DNA of 64,000 nt from Squalus acanthias (lineage: Eukaryota), in assembly GCA_030390025.1 (NCBI GenBank), contig CM059431.1:149794001-149858000 (forward strand), read 5' to 3'. The position numbers were made by a program, and so were the translations under genes. Under the pieces are notes generated by a model. The model did not search any database. It had not been told where the DNA came from and saw nothing but the letters and a program-made list of their open reading frames with translations. How positions within the stretch are numbered: the stretch's first letter is position 1; each line of letters starts with the position of its first letter. Of the stretch, positions 27,146 to 39,206 are shown in pieces.

Positions 27146-27513
27146 CATAGAAACATAGAAACATAGAAACATAGAATCTAGGAGCAGGAGTAGGCCATTC
27201 GGCCCGTCGAGCCTGCTCCGCCATTCAATACGATCATGGCTGATCATCCAAATCCAGTACCCTGTCCCTGCTTTAATCCCCACAGTACACATATCCCACC
27301 CTACCCCCGTAACCCCACGTATTTAATTCCCCCTAACATATCCCATCCTATCCCCATAACCCCACATATTTAATCCCCCCTAACACTAAGGGTCAATTTA
27401 TCATAGCCAAATCAACCTAACCCACACATTTTTGGACTGTGGGAGGAAACCGGAGCACCCGGAGGAAACCCACGCAGACACGGGGAGAATGTGCAAACTC
27501 CACAAAGACAGTG
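27146..27513 (-). mobile_element. V-SINE (HE1-like) with CR1-derived 3' tail, 5'-truncated
   Basis: V-domain ggaggaaaccggagcacccggaggaaacccacgcagacacggggagaatgtgcaaactccac joined to a CR1-type tail ending in (catagaaa)n. Confidence 0.8.
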
Positions 27514-28275
27514 AGGAGAGACAATATAAAATAAACTGTACAATTTTAAAGGGGATGCAGGAAAAGAGCCATCTGGGAGTTTAACTACACAAGCCTTTGA
27601 AGATGGCAGGACAAGTAGACAAGATTGTTAAACAAACACAAGGGATCCTTCGCTTTATAAATAGAGGCAGAGAACAAGAGCAAGGAAGGTAAGCTGAACA
27701 TTTATAAATCACTAGTTAGGCCCCGGCATGAGTATTGTGTCTCATTCTTGGCAGCACACTTGCGGAAAGATGTCAAGGTCTTGGATTTTCCACAGAGGAG
27801 ATTTACTACAATGGCATCAAGGAAGAAGGACTTAATTTATGCGCAAAGACAAGAGAAGCTGGAATTGTTGTCCAGAGAGCACGCAGCATAAAAGGAAGAT
27901 ATACTGGAGATGTTCAAAATTATGACTGGTGTGATAGAGTAAATCAGGAGGAAATATTTCTACTGGCAGAAGGGTCGGTAAACAGAAGACACAGATATAA
28001 GATAATTGGTGAAATAATCAAAGGGATGATGAGGAGAATTTGATCTACGCAGCGAGTTGCTCTGATCGGGAAAGCAGTGTCTTAAAAGGTGATAGAAGCA
28101 GAATCAATGATAACTTTCAAAAGGGAATCGGATCAATACTGGAAGTGAGGGAATTGCAGGACTATGGGAGAAGAACAGGTGAGGGGCTTTAATTGAATAG
28201 GTCTTTCAAAGAGCCGGCGCAGGCTCGATGCACTGAATGGCCTCCTTCTGTGCTGTATGATTCTGTGATTCTATG
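27514..28275 (+). mobile_element. Old CR1 3' fragment
   Basis: Degenerate C-terminal ORF2 and a (tgattcta)n tail. A further 3' fragment lies at about 28480-28772. Confidence 0.7.
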
Positions 28276-29214
28276 ATAACAGAGCCATTGAGTCCTTGTC
28301 TTATGTGTAGAATCGGCGTTCTGCAGTTTTTGAGCCGGATTCTAATCGTTTCTTGTACTCTGATAAAGTCGACAGTGGAAAAGCATACACAATGTGCTGC
28401 TGAGACAAGAAGTGCTAACAAATTTATCATAGAGTTTAAAAAAACAGAAATTATGACATAATTAAGAGACCAAAAATAAGGGCCATGAATATAAGATAGT
28501 CACCAATAAATTCAATAAGGAATTCAGGAGAAACCTCTTTACCCAGAGAGAGGTGAGAATGTGGAACTCGCTACCACAGAGAGTGGTTGTGGTGAATGGC
28601 ATTGATCCATGTAAGGGGAAGCGTGATAAACACATGAAGGAGAAAGTAATAGAAGGTTATGCTGATAGTGTAGTATGAAGAGGGATGGGAGGAGTTTCGT
28701 GTGGAGCATAAACACTGGCATGGAGCTGTTGGGCTGAATGGCCTGTTTCTGTGCTGTACAAACTATGTAATTTGTTTAGCGGAGCATGACACCCCGCTCT
28801 GATCACAGGCCTTGCCTGGTTTCAATCAAAGAACTAAAAATCATTGATTATATTCCAATGACATTATTTATATCTATTACTTCTCAGGATATCGTGTCAA
28901 GACCTAACCAAGACATGGATGCGGTTTGAGCAGAAGATGAGCTCAGGCAGGGGCGGAGACGGCCGATGTAATGGAAGCGGGAGTCACGATGGAGACTGAC
29001 AGTGACACCTCCCACGTTCCAATAGCAACACTCAGCACTGACACGTGAAGGAACTGCACGGGGAACGCGGACCACAGCGAGAGAAAGAACCTTACAGGGT
29101 GAACAGGAAGGGTTTTGTAATAACAGGACTGACCAACACAAACACTGTCTCAGATTAATGCTAAGCAATGTGAAGCGTGGGGAATGACAATCATCGAAGT
29201 TTAAACTGCTCCTC

Positions 29215-29765
29215 CGGCGGGTACAGCACGGGGTTACATACAGAGTAAAGCTCAATCTACACTGTCCAATCAAACACTCCCAGGGCATGAAAAGCAAGGG
29301 GTTGTTACAAAGTCAAACACCATCTACACTGTATTTTTAAATACTCCCAGGGAAAATTTAGCAAGGATTAGAAATAGAGTAAAACTGTATCAACACAGTC
29401 CAATCAAACACTCCCAGGGCAGGTACAGAACGTGTTAGGTACAGAGTAAAGCTCCCTCTACACTGTCCCATTAAACACTCCCAGGGCAGGAAAAGCACAG
29501 ATTAGATCCAGAGTAAAGCTCCCTCTACACTGTCCCATCAAACACTTCCAGGGCAGGTACAGCACGGGTTAGATACAGAGTAAAGCTCCCTCTGCACTGT
29601 CCCAGCAAACACTCCCAGGGCAGGTGCAGCACGGGTTAGATACAGTGTAAAGCTCCATGTACATTGTCCCATCAAACACTCCCAGGGCAGCTACAGCAAG
29701 GGTTAGATACAGAATAAAGCTCCCTCTACACTGTCCCATCAAACACTCGCAGGGCAGGTACAGCC
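29215..29765. repeat. 65-bp satellite
   Basis: Repeats of gctccctctacactgtcccatcaaacactcccagggcaggtacagcacgggttagatacagagtaaa. Confidence 0.9.
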
Positions 29766-30109
29766 CAGTCCGAAGAGGGAGCCTGGGACATTTCCAATGA
29801 TCACAACCTCCTCACACTCTCAGTGATGCCCCTTCCTGGGATGCTGTGCTCCAGTCACTCTGTCGGATATCAATTCCTCCTTCTGTCGCCCCAGTGTATT
29901 TAAATTAATCCACTTTCTTCCTGGAACAACTCCACTGAACTTCCAAATAATGGCTTCGGTTTTGTTGGCAACAGCTCAGCTCTTTGTCATTATTGGAGAT
30001 AAATGATCTGGCATCACACCCAGTAAAAAAGCACATTCGGTCAAAGGATCATTAATAGCGCAATGGGCCCACAACACACAGATTTCACAGAACCAAGAGA
30101 GAAACACAC

Positions 30110-31105
30110 CTCCCTCTGTCTATTATCTGCTTCTCACTCCGCCTTTGTCTACTTTCATCTATCTCTCCTTTATCTCTGTCACACACTCTCTCTCCCTATC
30201 TATATCTAATATCACGTCTCTCTATCTCCATCTATCTCTCCTCTATCTCTGTCACCCCCTCTCTCTCTCTATCTATATCTAATATTCTCTACCCTATCTA
30301 TCTCCATCGATCTCTCCTCTATCTCCGTCACCCTGTCTCTCACTCTTTCTCATTCTCTGCCTCAATCTCTCTCAGTTTCCTCCTCACTCTCTCAGTCTCT
30401 GCCTCACTCACTCACTCTCTCTCAGGGAAGGGAGAAAGACTGGGGAGAGACAGAGACGGGAGAGAGAGAGAGATACTGTGGGAGAGAGATAAAGACTGGG
30501 GAGAGAGTGTCTTCTGGTGGGAGAGAGTTAGAGAGAGTGAGTGAGAGAGAGAGAATGGAGGAGCGAGACACTAGTGGAGTGATAGACAGAGAGAGAAAGA
30601 GAGACTGTGGGAGGGAGAGAAAGACTGGGGAGAGAGAGACTGGTGGTGGGAGAGAGAGAGAGACTGAGGGAGAGAGAGAGAATGGAGGAGTGAGCATGAG
30701 GAGAGAGACACTACGGTAGAGATAGACAGAGAGAGAAAGTGAGACTGGGGGGAGAGTGAGAGACTGGGGACAGAGAGAGAGACTGGGGAGTGAGAGAGAG
30801 AGACTGTGGAAGAGAGAGAGAGAGACTGGTGACAGAGAGAGAGAGGGAGACTGCGGTGTGAGAGAGAGACTGGAGACAGAGAGAGAGAGACTGGGGACAG
30901 AGAGAGAGAAAGGGGAGTGACAGAGGGACTGGGGACAGAGAGAGAGACTGGGGAGTGAGAGAGACTGGGGGGAGAGAGAGAGACTGGGGACACAGAGAGA
31001 GACTGGGGAGAGCGAGAGAGACTGGGGAGTGAGAGAGGGACTGGGGACAGAGAGAGAGACTCGGGAGTGAGAGAGAGACTGGGGAGTGAGAGAGGGACTG
31101 GAGAA
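30110..31105. repeat. CT-rich tract switching to GA-rich low-complexity/minisatellite tract
   Basis: Pyrimidine-rich 30110-30423, then purine-rich (gagactggggagagaga)n 30424-31105. Confidence 0.9.
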
Positions 31106-31584
31106 TAGAGCGAGGCGGGGTGATTTCACATTCCCACCACTTTCTATTTCTAAATTGACACTATAGGGAATAATCCATCATGAAATCTCTGCAAATTTAT
31201 ATATATTTAAATATGCACAACGCGCTTCAGCAAAATATCCCCACAAAATCAGCAACATTTCCTTTTGAAATTTGGTCCCTGAACCAGAAGCTTCACACAC
31301 ACTGGCTCCGGATCCAACCTGTCAATCACCGGACTGTGCTCCTCCCATCGCAAAAGCCATTGGCTGAACTTCAAGACCGGTCCGCATTCGATTGGCTGTC
31401 AATCACCCGCGGCATCAAATTTCGGCGGTAAAATCCGCTGGCAACTTTTCACAGATCAGCTGTTGGCGTTTGCAACTCTGACTGAAGTGAGCCAGCTGGC
31501 TGATGTTGCACAGAAATCACCACCGCTGCTGCATTTTAATGGATTTTCTCACCAACCCGTTGCCCGACTGGTTAAAAACATCAT

Positions 31585-32620
31585 ATGTTATTACCAGTGC
31601 CACGTGCTAGTGATTTCAGAAATAGGAAGACAGAGCAGATGAATGAGTGGCTGGAGGGATTCAGATTGCTAAGGAATTGGAACCTTTTCTGGGGGAGGTG
31701 GGACCTCTTAAAGCCAGACGGTTTGCACCTCAACGGGATCGGGACCAATATTATCGCGGGAGGGTTTGCTAGTGCTGTTGGGGAGGGTTTAAACTAGCTT
31801 GGAAGGGGGATGGAAACCTAATATAGATTCAATAGGGGGGGAAGACAAACTGGAATTGGAAAACAATAAAGTAGAAAATAAATCGGAAGGACAGAGGGAT
31901 CAAGACCTAGATAGTATTCAACAAGGAGGTCTGCCTGCACTAAATGATATATACTTCAATGCAAGGAGTATAGCGAACAGATGAGCTAAGGGCACAGCTA
32001 GATACTTGGGACTATGATATTCTAGCTATTAGAGAGACGTGGCTGAAAGCGGGTCTGGTATGGCAGCTCAACATTCCTGATTGCCGGATTTTCAGACGGG
32101 ATAGAGAGGGAGGTAAATTGTGAGGGGGGGTCGCGGTATTTGTTAAAAAAAACTATTACAGCTGAAGGAGGGATGATATGTTGGAGGGATCATCAAACGA
32201 GGCCATATGGGTCGAATTGAAAAACAAAGAAGGGTCAATCACACTGCTGGGAGAATACTACAGACTCCCAAGCAGTGAGAGGGAGATAGAAGAACCAAAA
32301 TGTAGACAAATTTCTGAGAAAGCAAAAAAAATATAGGGCAGTAATAGTAGGGGATTTCAACTACCCCAATATTAACGGGGATAAAATTAGTGTAAAGGGT
32401 ATAGAGAGTGCGGAATTCCTAAAATGCATCCAGGAGAACTTTTTTAGCCAGTATGTAGCAAGCCCAATAAGGGAGGGGGCGGTTCTGGACATAGTTTAAG
32501 GGAATGAAGCTGGGCAGGTAGAAGACGTATCAGCGGGGGAGCATTTTGGTGCTAGTTACAATAATTCTGTTAGATTTAAGGTAGTTATGGAAAAGGAGAA
32601 GGATAGACCACGAATAAAAA
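31585..32620 (+). mobile_element. CR1 fragment (ORF1 end and endonuclease), cut by the gap
   Basis: LLPVPRAS..DGLHLN, YFNARSI, VGDFNYP. Confidence 0.85.
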
Positions 32621-33250
32621 NNNNNNNNNNNNNNNNNNNNNNNNNNNNNNNNNNNNNNNNNNNNNNNNNNNNNNNNNNNNNNNNNNNNNNNNNNNNNNNN
32701 NNNNNNNNNNNNNNNNNNNNNNNNNNNNNNNNNNNNNNNNNNNNNNNNNNNNNNNNNNNNNNNNNNNNNNNNNNNNNNNNNNNNNNNNNNNNNNNNNNNN
32801 NNNNNNNNNNNNNNNNNNNNNNNNNNNNNNNNNNNNNNNNNNNNNNNNNNNNNNNNNNNNNNNNNNNNNNNNNNNNNNNNNNNNNNNNNNNNNNNNNNNN
32901 NNNNNNNNNNNNNNNNNNNNNNNNNNNNNNNNNNNNNNNNNNNNNNNNNNNNNNNNNNNNNNNNNNNNNNNNNNNNNNNNNNNNNNNNNNNNNNNNNNNN
33001 NNNNNNNNNNNNNNNNNNNNNNNNNNNNNNNNNNNNNNNNNNNNNNNNNNNNNNNNNNNNNNNNNNNNNNNNNNNNNNNNNNNNNNNNNNNNNNNNNNNN
33101 NNNNNNNNNNNNNNNNNNNNNNNNNNNNNNNNNNNNNNNNNNNNNNNNNNNNNNNNNNNNNNNNNNNNNNNNNNNNNNNNNNNNNNNNNNNNNNNNNNNN
33201 NNNNNNNNNNNNNNNNNNNNNNNNNNNNNNNNNNNNNNNNNNNNNNNNNN
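32621..33250. other. Assembly gap (630 N)
   Basis: Run of N. Confidence 1.
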
Positions 33251-34684
33251 ACTCTCTCTCTCTCTCTCCACAGATGTTGCCTGACCTGCTGAGCATTTAA
33301 AGCACTTTCAGTTCCTATTTCAGATTTCCAGCATCCGCAGTAATTTGATTTTGTTTTCACCGAATGCTCGGTATGGTTACTGACACAGAGTCACAGGAAC
33401 AAATCCTGGCAGATCGCATCCACATCTTTAAATGTCTGAAATATCCGCTAATCATTCAGTTCCAGTCAGTGTCTCCTTCCCCACCATCGCCAGTTCTGCA
33501 TCAGTGGCACTGCTTCTGAAGGTTAGAAAAGGTTTACAAGGATAATTTAGATCCTCAAAAAGTGTTCAGTCAGCCATATTTCAATGCGTTTATTTCCAAT
33601 CTTTGTTTTGAATTTACAATTGGAGCCCATGCAGGCCAGTCACAGTTCAGTGGATCTCTCAGTGAGACGCAGAGTCATGCTCTATTGTCTCCTGCTGTAC
33701 TGCACGATAAACAATCCCAGCTGATTGTAACTGCAGTACTGAGGATAAGAAAATCCTTTCGTATTTTCTCCACTACTATTCTCTGCACAAATTGGAAACC
33801 AACAGGATAAATCTCTTCCATTTGTGTTCAGTTACTTTACAAAAACGTTCGCCGGCTCGTTGCCTGTGGGATAAGTCGCTTGATTATTAACCTAAAAAGT
33901 GTATTTAGTGGAATATTGCCTGGTCAAGGATAACTATTTATTTTATTTCAGAATCCATTCTTTGCAATGTTATTTGGAAAATCTTCCTTTCAATGAGCCA
34001 CAATTTGTGTATTTCAACAAAACTGTAGAAAACTAAAAAACTTCAAATCACTTCTTACAGCCCAGTTATCTTTATAACTGCAGTGCACTTGTATTTATTA
34101 TCTAACATTTGCAAATTACAGCCGTACATTTTAAATACAATTGCCAGTAATTATTGCACGCTGTTTGTTTTTTGCCGTTGCATTCATTTTCAGTTCTAAA
34201 TATAATGACTATTCTAACCAGGAGCAGTAATCAAAGCGGGAATTTCCCATCCCTAACACAAGAGCACAGAAGCGAATTGCACCGCTCCAAATGCTGACTG
34301 ATCCCGGGACACGAAGGCTTCCTGAAAAATTCTGGTCCTTTGTGTCTCTGGTACGTCGAGGTGAGCTTTTGTCTGCTGGGATAAAGGCAGATCTATCAGT
34401 TAATCTCTCATTGTTCAAACATCTGTTACTTTCATCTTATATTTATCCCCGTTTCATTTATGAATTCCACAATCTATTCCCGATTATTCTTACAATAAAT
34501 CCTGTATTCAGCTCCACCGGTAATGGAATTAGATTATATCATTGAATGTCGCTAATGAGTTGCAGATTTCTCCCCGAATTCTATCAAAATGCTGTTCTTT
34601 CTCTCAGCCTGATGTATAATTTCCGTGTTTATTTCCCCTCCCAGCCTGATGTAAAATTACCCTGTTTATTTCCCTTCCACACAG

Positions 34685-35588
34685 TGAACTTAGTGACGAT
34701 TGTGATCCTGTCTCGGGGAAAGTGCGGTCTCTCCAAATGTGTCACTCGCTACCTGGTGGCCATGGCAGCGGCGGATCTACTGGTCGTTATCCTCGACCTG
34801 ATTTTGAAGCAGATTCCAATTGTTTATATGGAACAATTTATTTTTCTTACTGTCAATCCCCGTGTGTAATATCCATGCCGTCCTGCTTTATGCAGCCGCA
34901 GATTGTTCTGTCTGGTTCACCGTCACTTTCACCTTTGATCGATTTTTGGCCATTTGTCGCCAGAAGCTAAAAACTAAATATTGCACCGAGAAAACGGCGG
35001 CTGTGGTTCTGGGAACAGTGACTGTGCTGAGCGGTTCAAAGAACATTTTCTGGTATTTTATGTTCACAGATCGGTATCAGCTTCAGAACATCCCCTGGTT
35101 TTGTTATGTAACAATCAATTTTTGGATGTCAAGGGTCTGGGGAACAATCGAGTTCCTTCATTATATTCTCACCCCGGGGGGTCCCATTATTTGTGATTCT
35201 GCTGCTCAATGCTGTCACCGTCAGACACATTTTAGTGGCCAGCAGAGCCCGCAGGAGACTCCGGGGTCCCAGCAGTGGGGAGTGTCCCAGAGACCCAGAG
35301 ATGGAGAGCCGCAGGAAATCCATCATTTTACTTCTTGTTATCTCGGGCAATTTCATCCTGTTATGGGCAGCGTTTATGGTGGCTGCTATATGGAACCGGA
35401 TGTGGTATGTGGAGTTTCGGTCTGCAAGTCCACCTCTTTATTTACAGGAATTTGGATTGATGCTGCAGCTGCTGAGTTGCTGCACAAACACTGGAATTTA
35501 CGCGGTGACCCAGACTAAGTTCAGAGAGCAGTTGAAGAATGTGGGGAAATATCCGTTTACTCTGATTGTAAAATTCATTAAAGGATGA
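34685..35588 (+). pseudogene. GPR139-like GPCR exon 2, two frameshifts
   Basis: Acceptor ccacacAG at 34683-34684; NLVTIVILSRGKCGLSKC..DRFLAIC..CCTNTGIYAVTQTKFREQL..KG*. Frame changes near 34845 and 35180. No exon 1 is visible between the gap and the acceptor. Confidence 0.88.
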
Positions 35589-35684
35589 TGTAAACTGGAG
35601 TCTTTGCAGCCTCAGAACTCACTGGGCCTCATATTGCGGCGAGCCGTTCACATCCGGGCCGCCGCCGGCTGCGAAATTCACATA

Positions 35685-36110
35685 ATCAAGATGGCGTCCC
35701 TGGCGCCCCGCACAAAGTTGGCGGCCCTGGCGCTCCGCACAAAGATGGCGGCCCCGGCGCACAGCACAAAGATTGCGGCCGCTGCGCACAGCACTAAGAA
35801 GGCACCCCCCGGGGTCCGAAAAATGTTGGCGGCTCCGTTGCCTCGCACAAAAATGTCGGCTTCGTTCTCCGGCACAAAAATGTTTACTCCGGCGCCCCTA
35901 ACAAAGATGGCGGCTCCGGCGTCCCGTAACTAAGATGGCGGATCTGGGGTCCCGAAAAATGATGGTGGCTCTGGCACCCCTAACAAAGATGGCGGCTCCG
36001 GTGTCCCTCTCAAAAATAGCGGTTCTGGCGCCCCATAAAAGATGGCGGATCTCGCGTCCCTTACAAAGATAGCGGCTCTGGCGGCCCGCACAAAGATGGC
36101 TGCTCTGGTT
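35685..36110 (+). repeat. 27-bp CpG-rich tandem repeat with YY1-type motif
   Basis: About 16 units of acaaagatggcggctccggcgccccgc. Confidence 0.85.
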
Positions 36111-36989
36111 ACAACATTATAACCCTTTATAAATCATTAATTTATTTATTCTTGGAATGTGTACGTCGCAGGCATATCCAGCATTTATTGTCCATCCCTA
36201 ATTGCCCTGGAGAAGGTGGTGGTGAGTCAGCTGAACGGCTTGTTAGGTCATTTCAGAGGGTATTTAATAGTCAAGCACATTGCTGTGGGTCTGGAGTCAC
36301 ATTTCGTCCAGAATGGGTAACGACGGCAGATTTCCTTTCCTGAAGGATATTAGTGAACCAAATGTGTTTTTACGACAATCCGGTAGTTTTAGGGTCACTA
36401 TTACTGACAGTTATTTTGAATTCCAGATTTGTTTAATTATTTGAAATTAAATTCCCCAGTTGGTGGGATTTGAACTCAGAGACCATACGTCTAGGAATCT
36501 GGTTTACTAGTCCAGTAACATAACCACTATGCTACCGTACCCTACAAATATGTCGCCGTTCCTTCATTGTTATTGGTTCAAAAGCCTGAAATTCCTTCCG
36601 TAATAGTATTGTAGGAGAACCTTCACCACACCGACAGCAGCGGTTCAAAATGATGGCCCACCATTTTATCATGGGTAACTGGGAATTGGCAAGTAATACC
36701 GATGTTGACAGCGTCACCTATATCCTGAGAACAAATAAATATAAATAATAAAATGGGAATAAAATAACTGATTTTGAAAATCACTGATTGAAACCAGGCG
36801 AGGTATGTGGCCAGAGTGGGGAGTCATGTTCCGCTAAACAAATTGTCAACACAACTTGGGTCACCAATTCTATGATTTTATGATTGATATTACTCACACT
36901 TTCACAATTTCCCTATACGTTGAAAAGGTGCTTGATAAAGTGACACATATTACCAATATTGAAGCCCATGGGATTGAAGTGGCAGTGGC

Positions 36990-38955
36990 TACAGTGAGTG
37001 GTGCGACTTATATCAGTATTACAATGAGTTGTGTGGGGTGTAACTATCCAGAGTGTGGCATGTATCAGAGAGTTACCGTGAATGGTGTGAGGTAAAGCAG
37101 AGTACTCCATTGTGGGTTGTGGGATATATCAGGGTGTTACAGGGAGCTGTGTGGAGTATATCAGACTGTTAAAGTGAGGGGTGTGCGGTATATCAGAGTG
37201 TTACAGTGAGGGTTGTGGGTTATATCAGAGTGTTACAGTGAGTGTTGTGGGGTATATCGGAGTATGTTACAGTGAGGGGGTGTAGTATATCAGAGTTTTA
37301 CAGTGATGGGTGTGGGGTATATCAGTCTGTTACAGTAAATTGTGTGGGGTATATCAAACAGTTACAGCGAGGGTTGTGGGGCATATCAGACTGTTACAGC
37401 GAGGGATGTGGTGTATATCAGTGTTTGTTACAGTGAGGGGGATGAGTATATCAGAGTGTTGCCGTGAGCGGTGTGGGGTTTATCAGAGCGTGTTACAGTG
37501 CGGTGTGCCGTTATATCAGACTGTTACAGTAGGCGGTGTGGGGGATATCAGAGTGTTACCATGAGGGGCTTGGGGTATATCAAAGTGTTACCGTGAGGGG
37601 TGTGGGGTATATCAGTGTGTGTTACAGTGAGGGGTGCCGGTATATCAGACTGTTACAGTGAGCTGTGTGGGGGATATCAGAGTGTTACCATGAGGTTTGT
37701 GGGGTATATCCGTGTGTTACAGTGAGTGTTGTGGGGTATGTCAGAGTGTTACAGTGAGTGGTGTGGTATATGTCAGAGTGTTACTGGGTTGTGGTGTATA
37801 TCAGATTGTTACCGTGATGGGTGTCGGGTATATCAGTGTGTGTTACAGTGAGAGGTGCCGGTATATCAGACTGTTACAGTGAGCTGTGTGGGGGATATCA
37901 GAGTGTTACCATGAGGTGTGTGGGGTATATCAGAGTGTTACAGTGAGTGGTGTGGGGTAAGTCAGAGTGTTACTGGGTTGTGGGGTATATCAGTGTGTTA
38001 CACTTAGTGGTGTGGTGTATATCAGATTGTTATTTTGAGGGGTGTGGGCTACATCAGAATTTTACAGTCAGTTGTGTGGGATATTTCAGATTGTTTCAGT
38101 GTGGGGTGTTTCAGAGTGTTACAGTGTGGGTTGTGGAGTATATCAGGGTGTGTTACAGTGAGGGGGTGGAATATATCAGAGTGTGCTACAGTGAGACGGG
38201 CGAGGTATATCAGTATCATAGTGAGTGGTAAGGGGAGTAACAGCACATTGTGTGGCATATATCAGATTGTTACAATGAGTGGTGTCGGGTGTATGGGTAG
38301 ATAGCAGGAATATGGTATTGAGATAAAGGATCAGCCATGATCATATTGAATGGTGGAACAGGCTCAAGTGGCCGAATAGCCTACTGCTTCTCCTATTTTT
38401 CTATGTTTCTATGTATTTCAGATTGTTACACTGAGGGGTATGTGGAATATAAGAGAGTGAGAGTGACATGTGTGGGATATATTAAAGGTTTACAGTGAAT
38501 GGTGTGCTGTATATCAGATGTTTACAGTGAGGCTGTGTGGGAAATCAGAGAGATATAGTGTTGGGTGTGTATATCAGCATGTCGCAGTGAGTGGTGTGGG
38601 GTATATAAGAGTGCTTCTGGGGTGTGGCATGTAACTGAGTGTTACAGTGAGAGTACTGGGATATATCATAGTGTTACTTTAAGGGTTGTGGGGTATAACA
38701 GTGTGTTACAGTGTATTTTGTGGGGCATAACAGAGTGTTACAGTGGGGAGTGTGTGGTATATCTGAATGTAACAGTGAGGGCTCTCGCGTATATCAAAGT
38801 GTTACAGAGTGGGGAGTGCGGTATGTCAGAGTGTGTCACACTGAGTGGTGTGGGACATATCAAAGTGCTAAGGGTGTGTGGTTTTTTTATAATGTTACAG
38901 TGATTGGTGTGGGCTATATCAGAGAGTGTTACTTTGAGTGATATGGGATATATCA
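36990..38955. repeat. ~33-bp satellite (tatatcagagtgttacagtgaggggtgtgggg)
   Basis: Dozens of diverged units; a short CR1-type tail is inserted at about 38290-38415. Confidence 0.9.
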
Positions 38956-39180
38956 GAGATACAGAGTAAAGCTCCCTCTACACTGTACCATCAAACACGT
39001 CTAGGGCAAATGCTGCTCTGGTGACACACAGAATATAGCTTCCTCTGCACTGTCACACCAGACAATGCCACGATAGGTACAGCATGAGTTAGATAGACAA
39101 TAAACCTCCCTTTACACTGTCCCATCAAAATTCCCAGGGTAATTACAGCATGGGTTAGATACAGATTAAAGCTCCCTCTT
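38956..39180. repeat. 65-bp satellite, left part (continues at 52597-52890)
   Basis: The unit breaks at gctccctct| and resumes at |tacacagtccc after the CR1 tail. Confidence 0.8.
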
Positions 39181-39206
39181 AAAAATCCAGGTTCCGGGAG
39201 AGGTAT

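Noticed and set aside
32530..33360. Long ORFs across the N run
   Set aside because: Artefacts of the assembly gap.
35604..35933. 109-aa ORF with TKMAAPA repeats
   Set aside because: Translation of the 27-bp tandem repeat with a TTG start.
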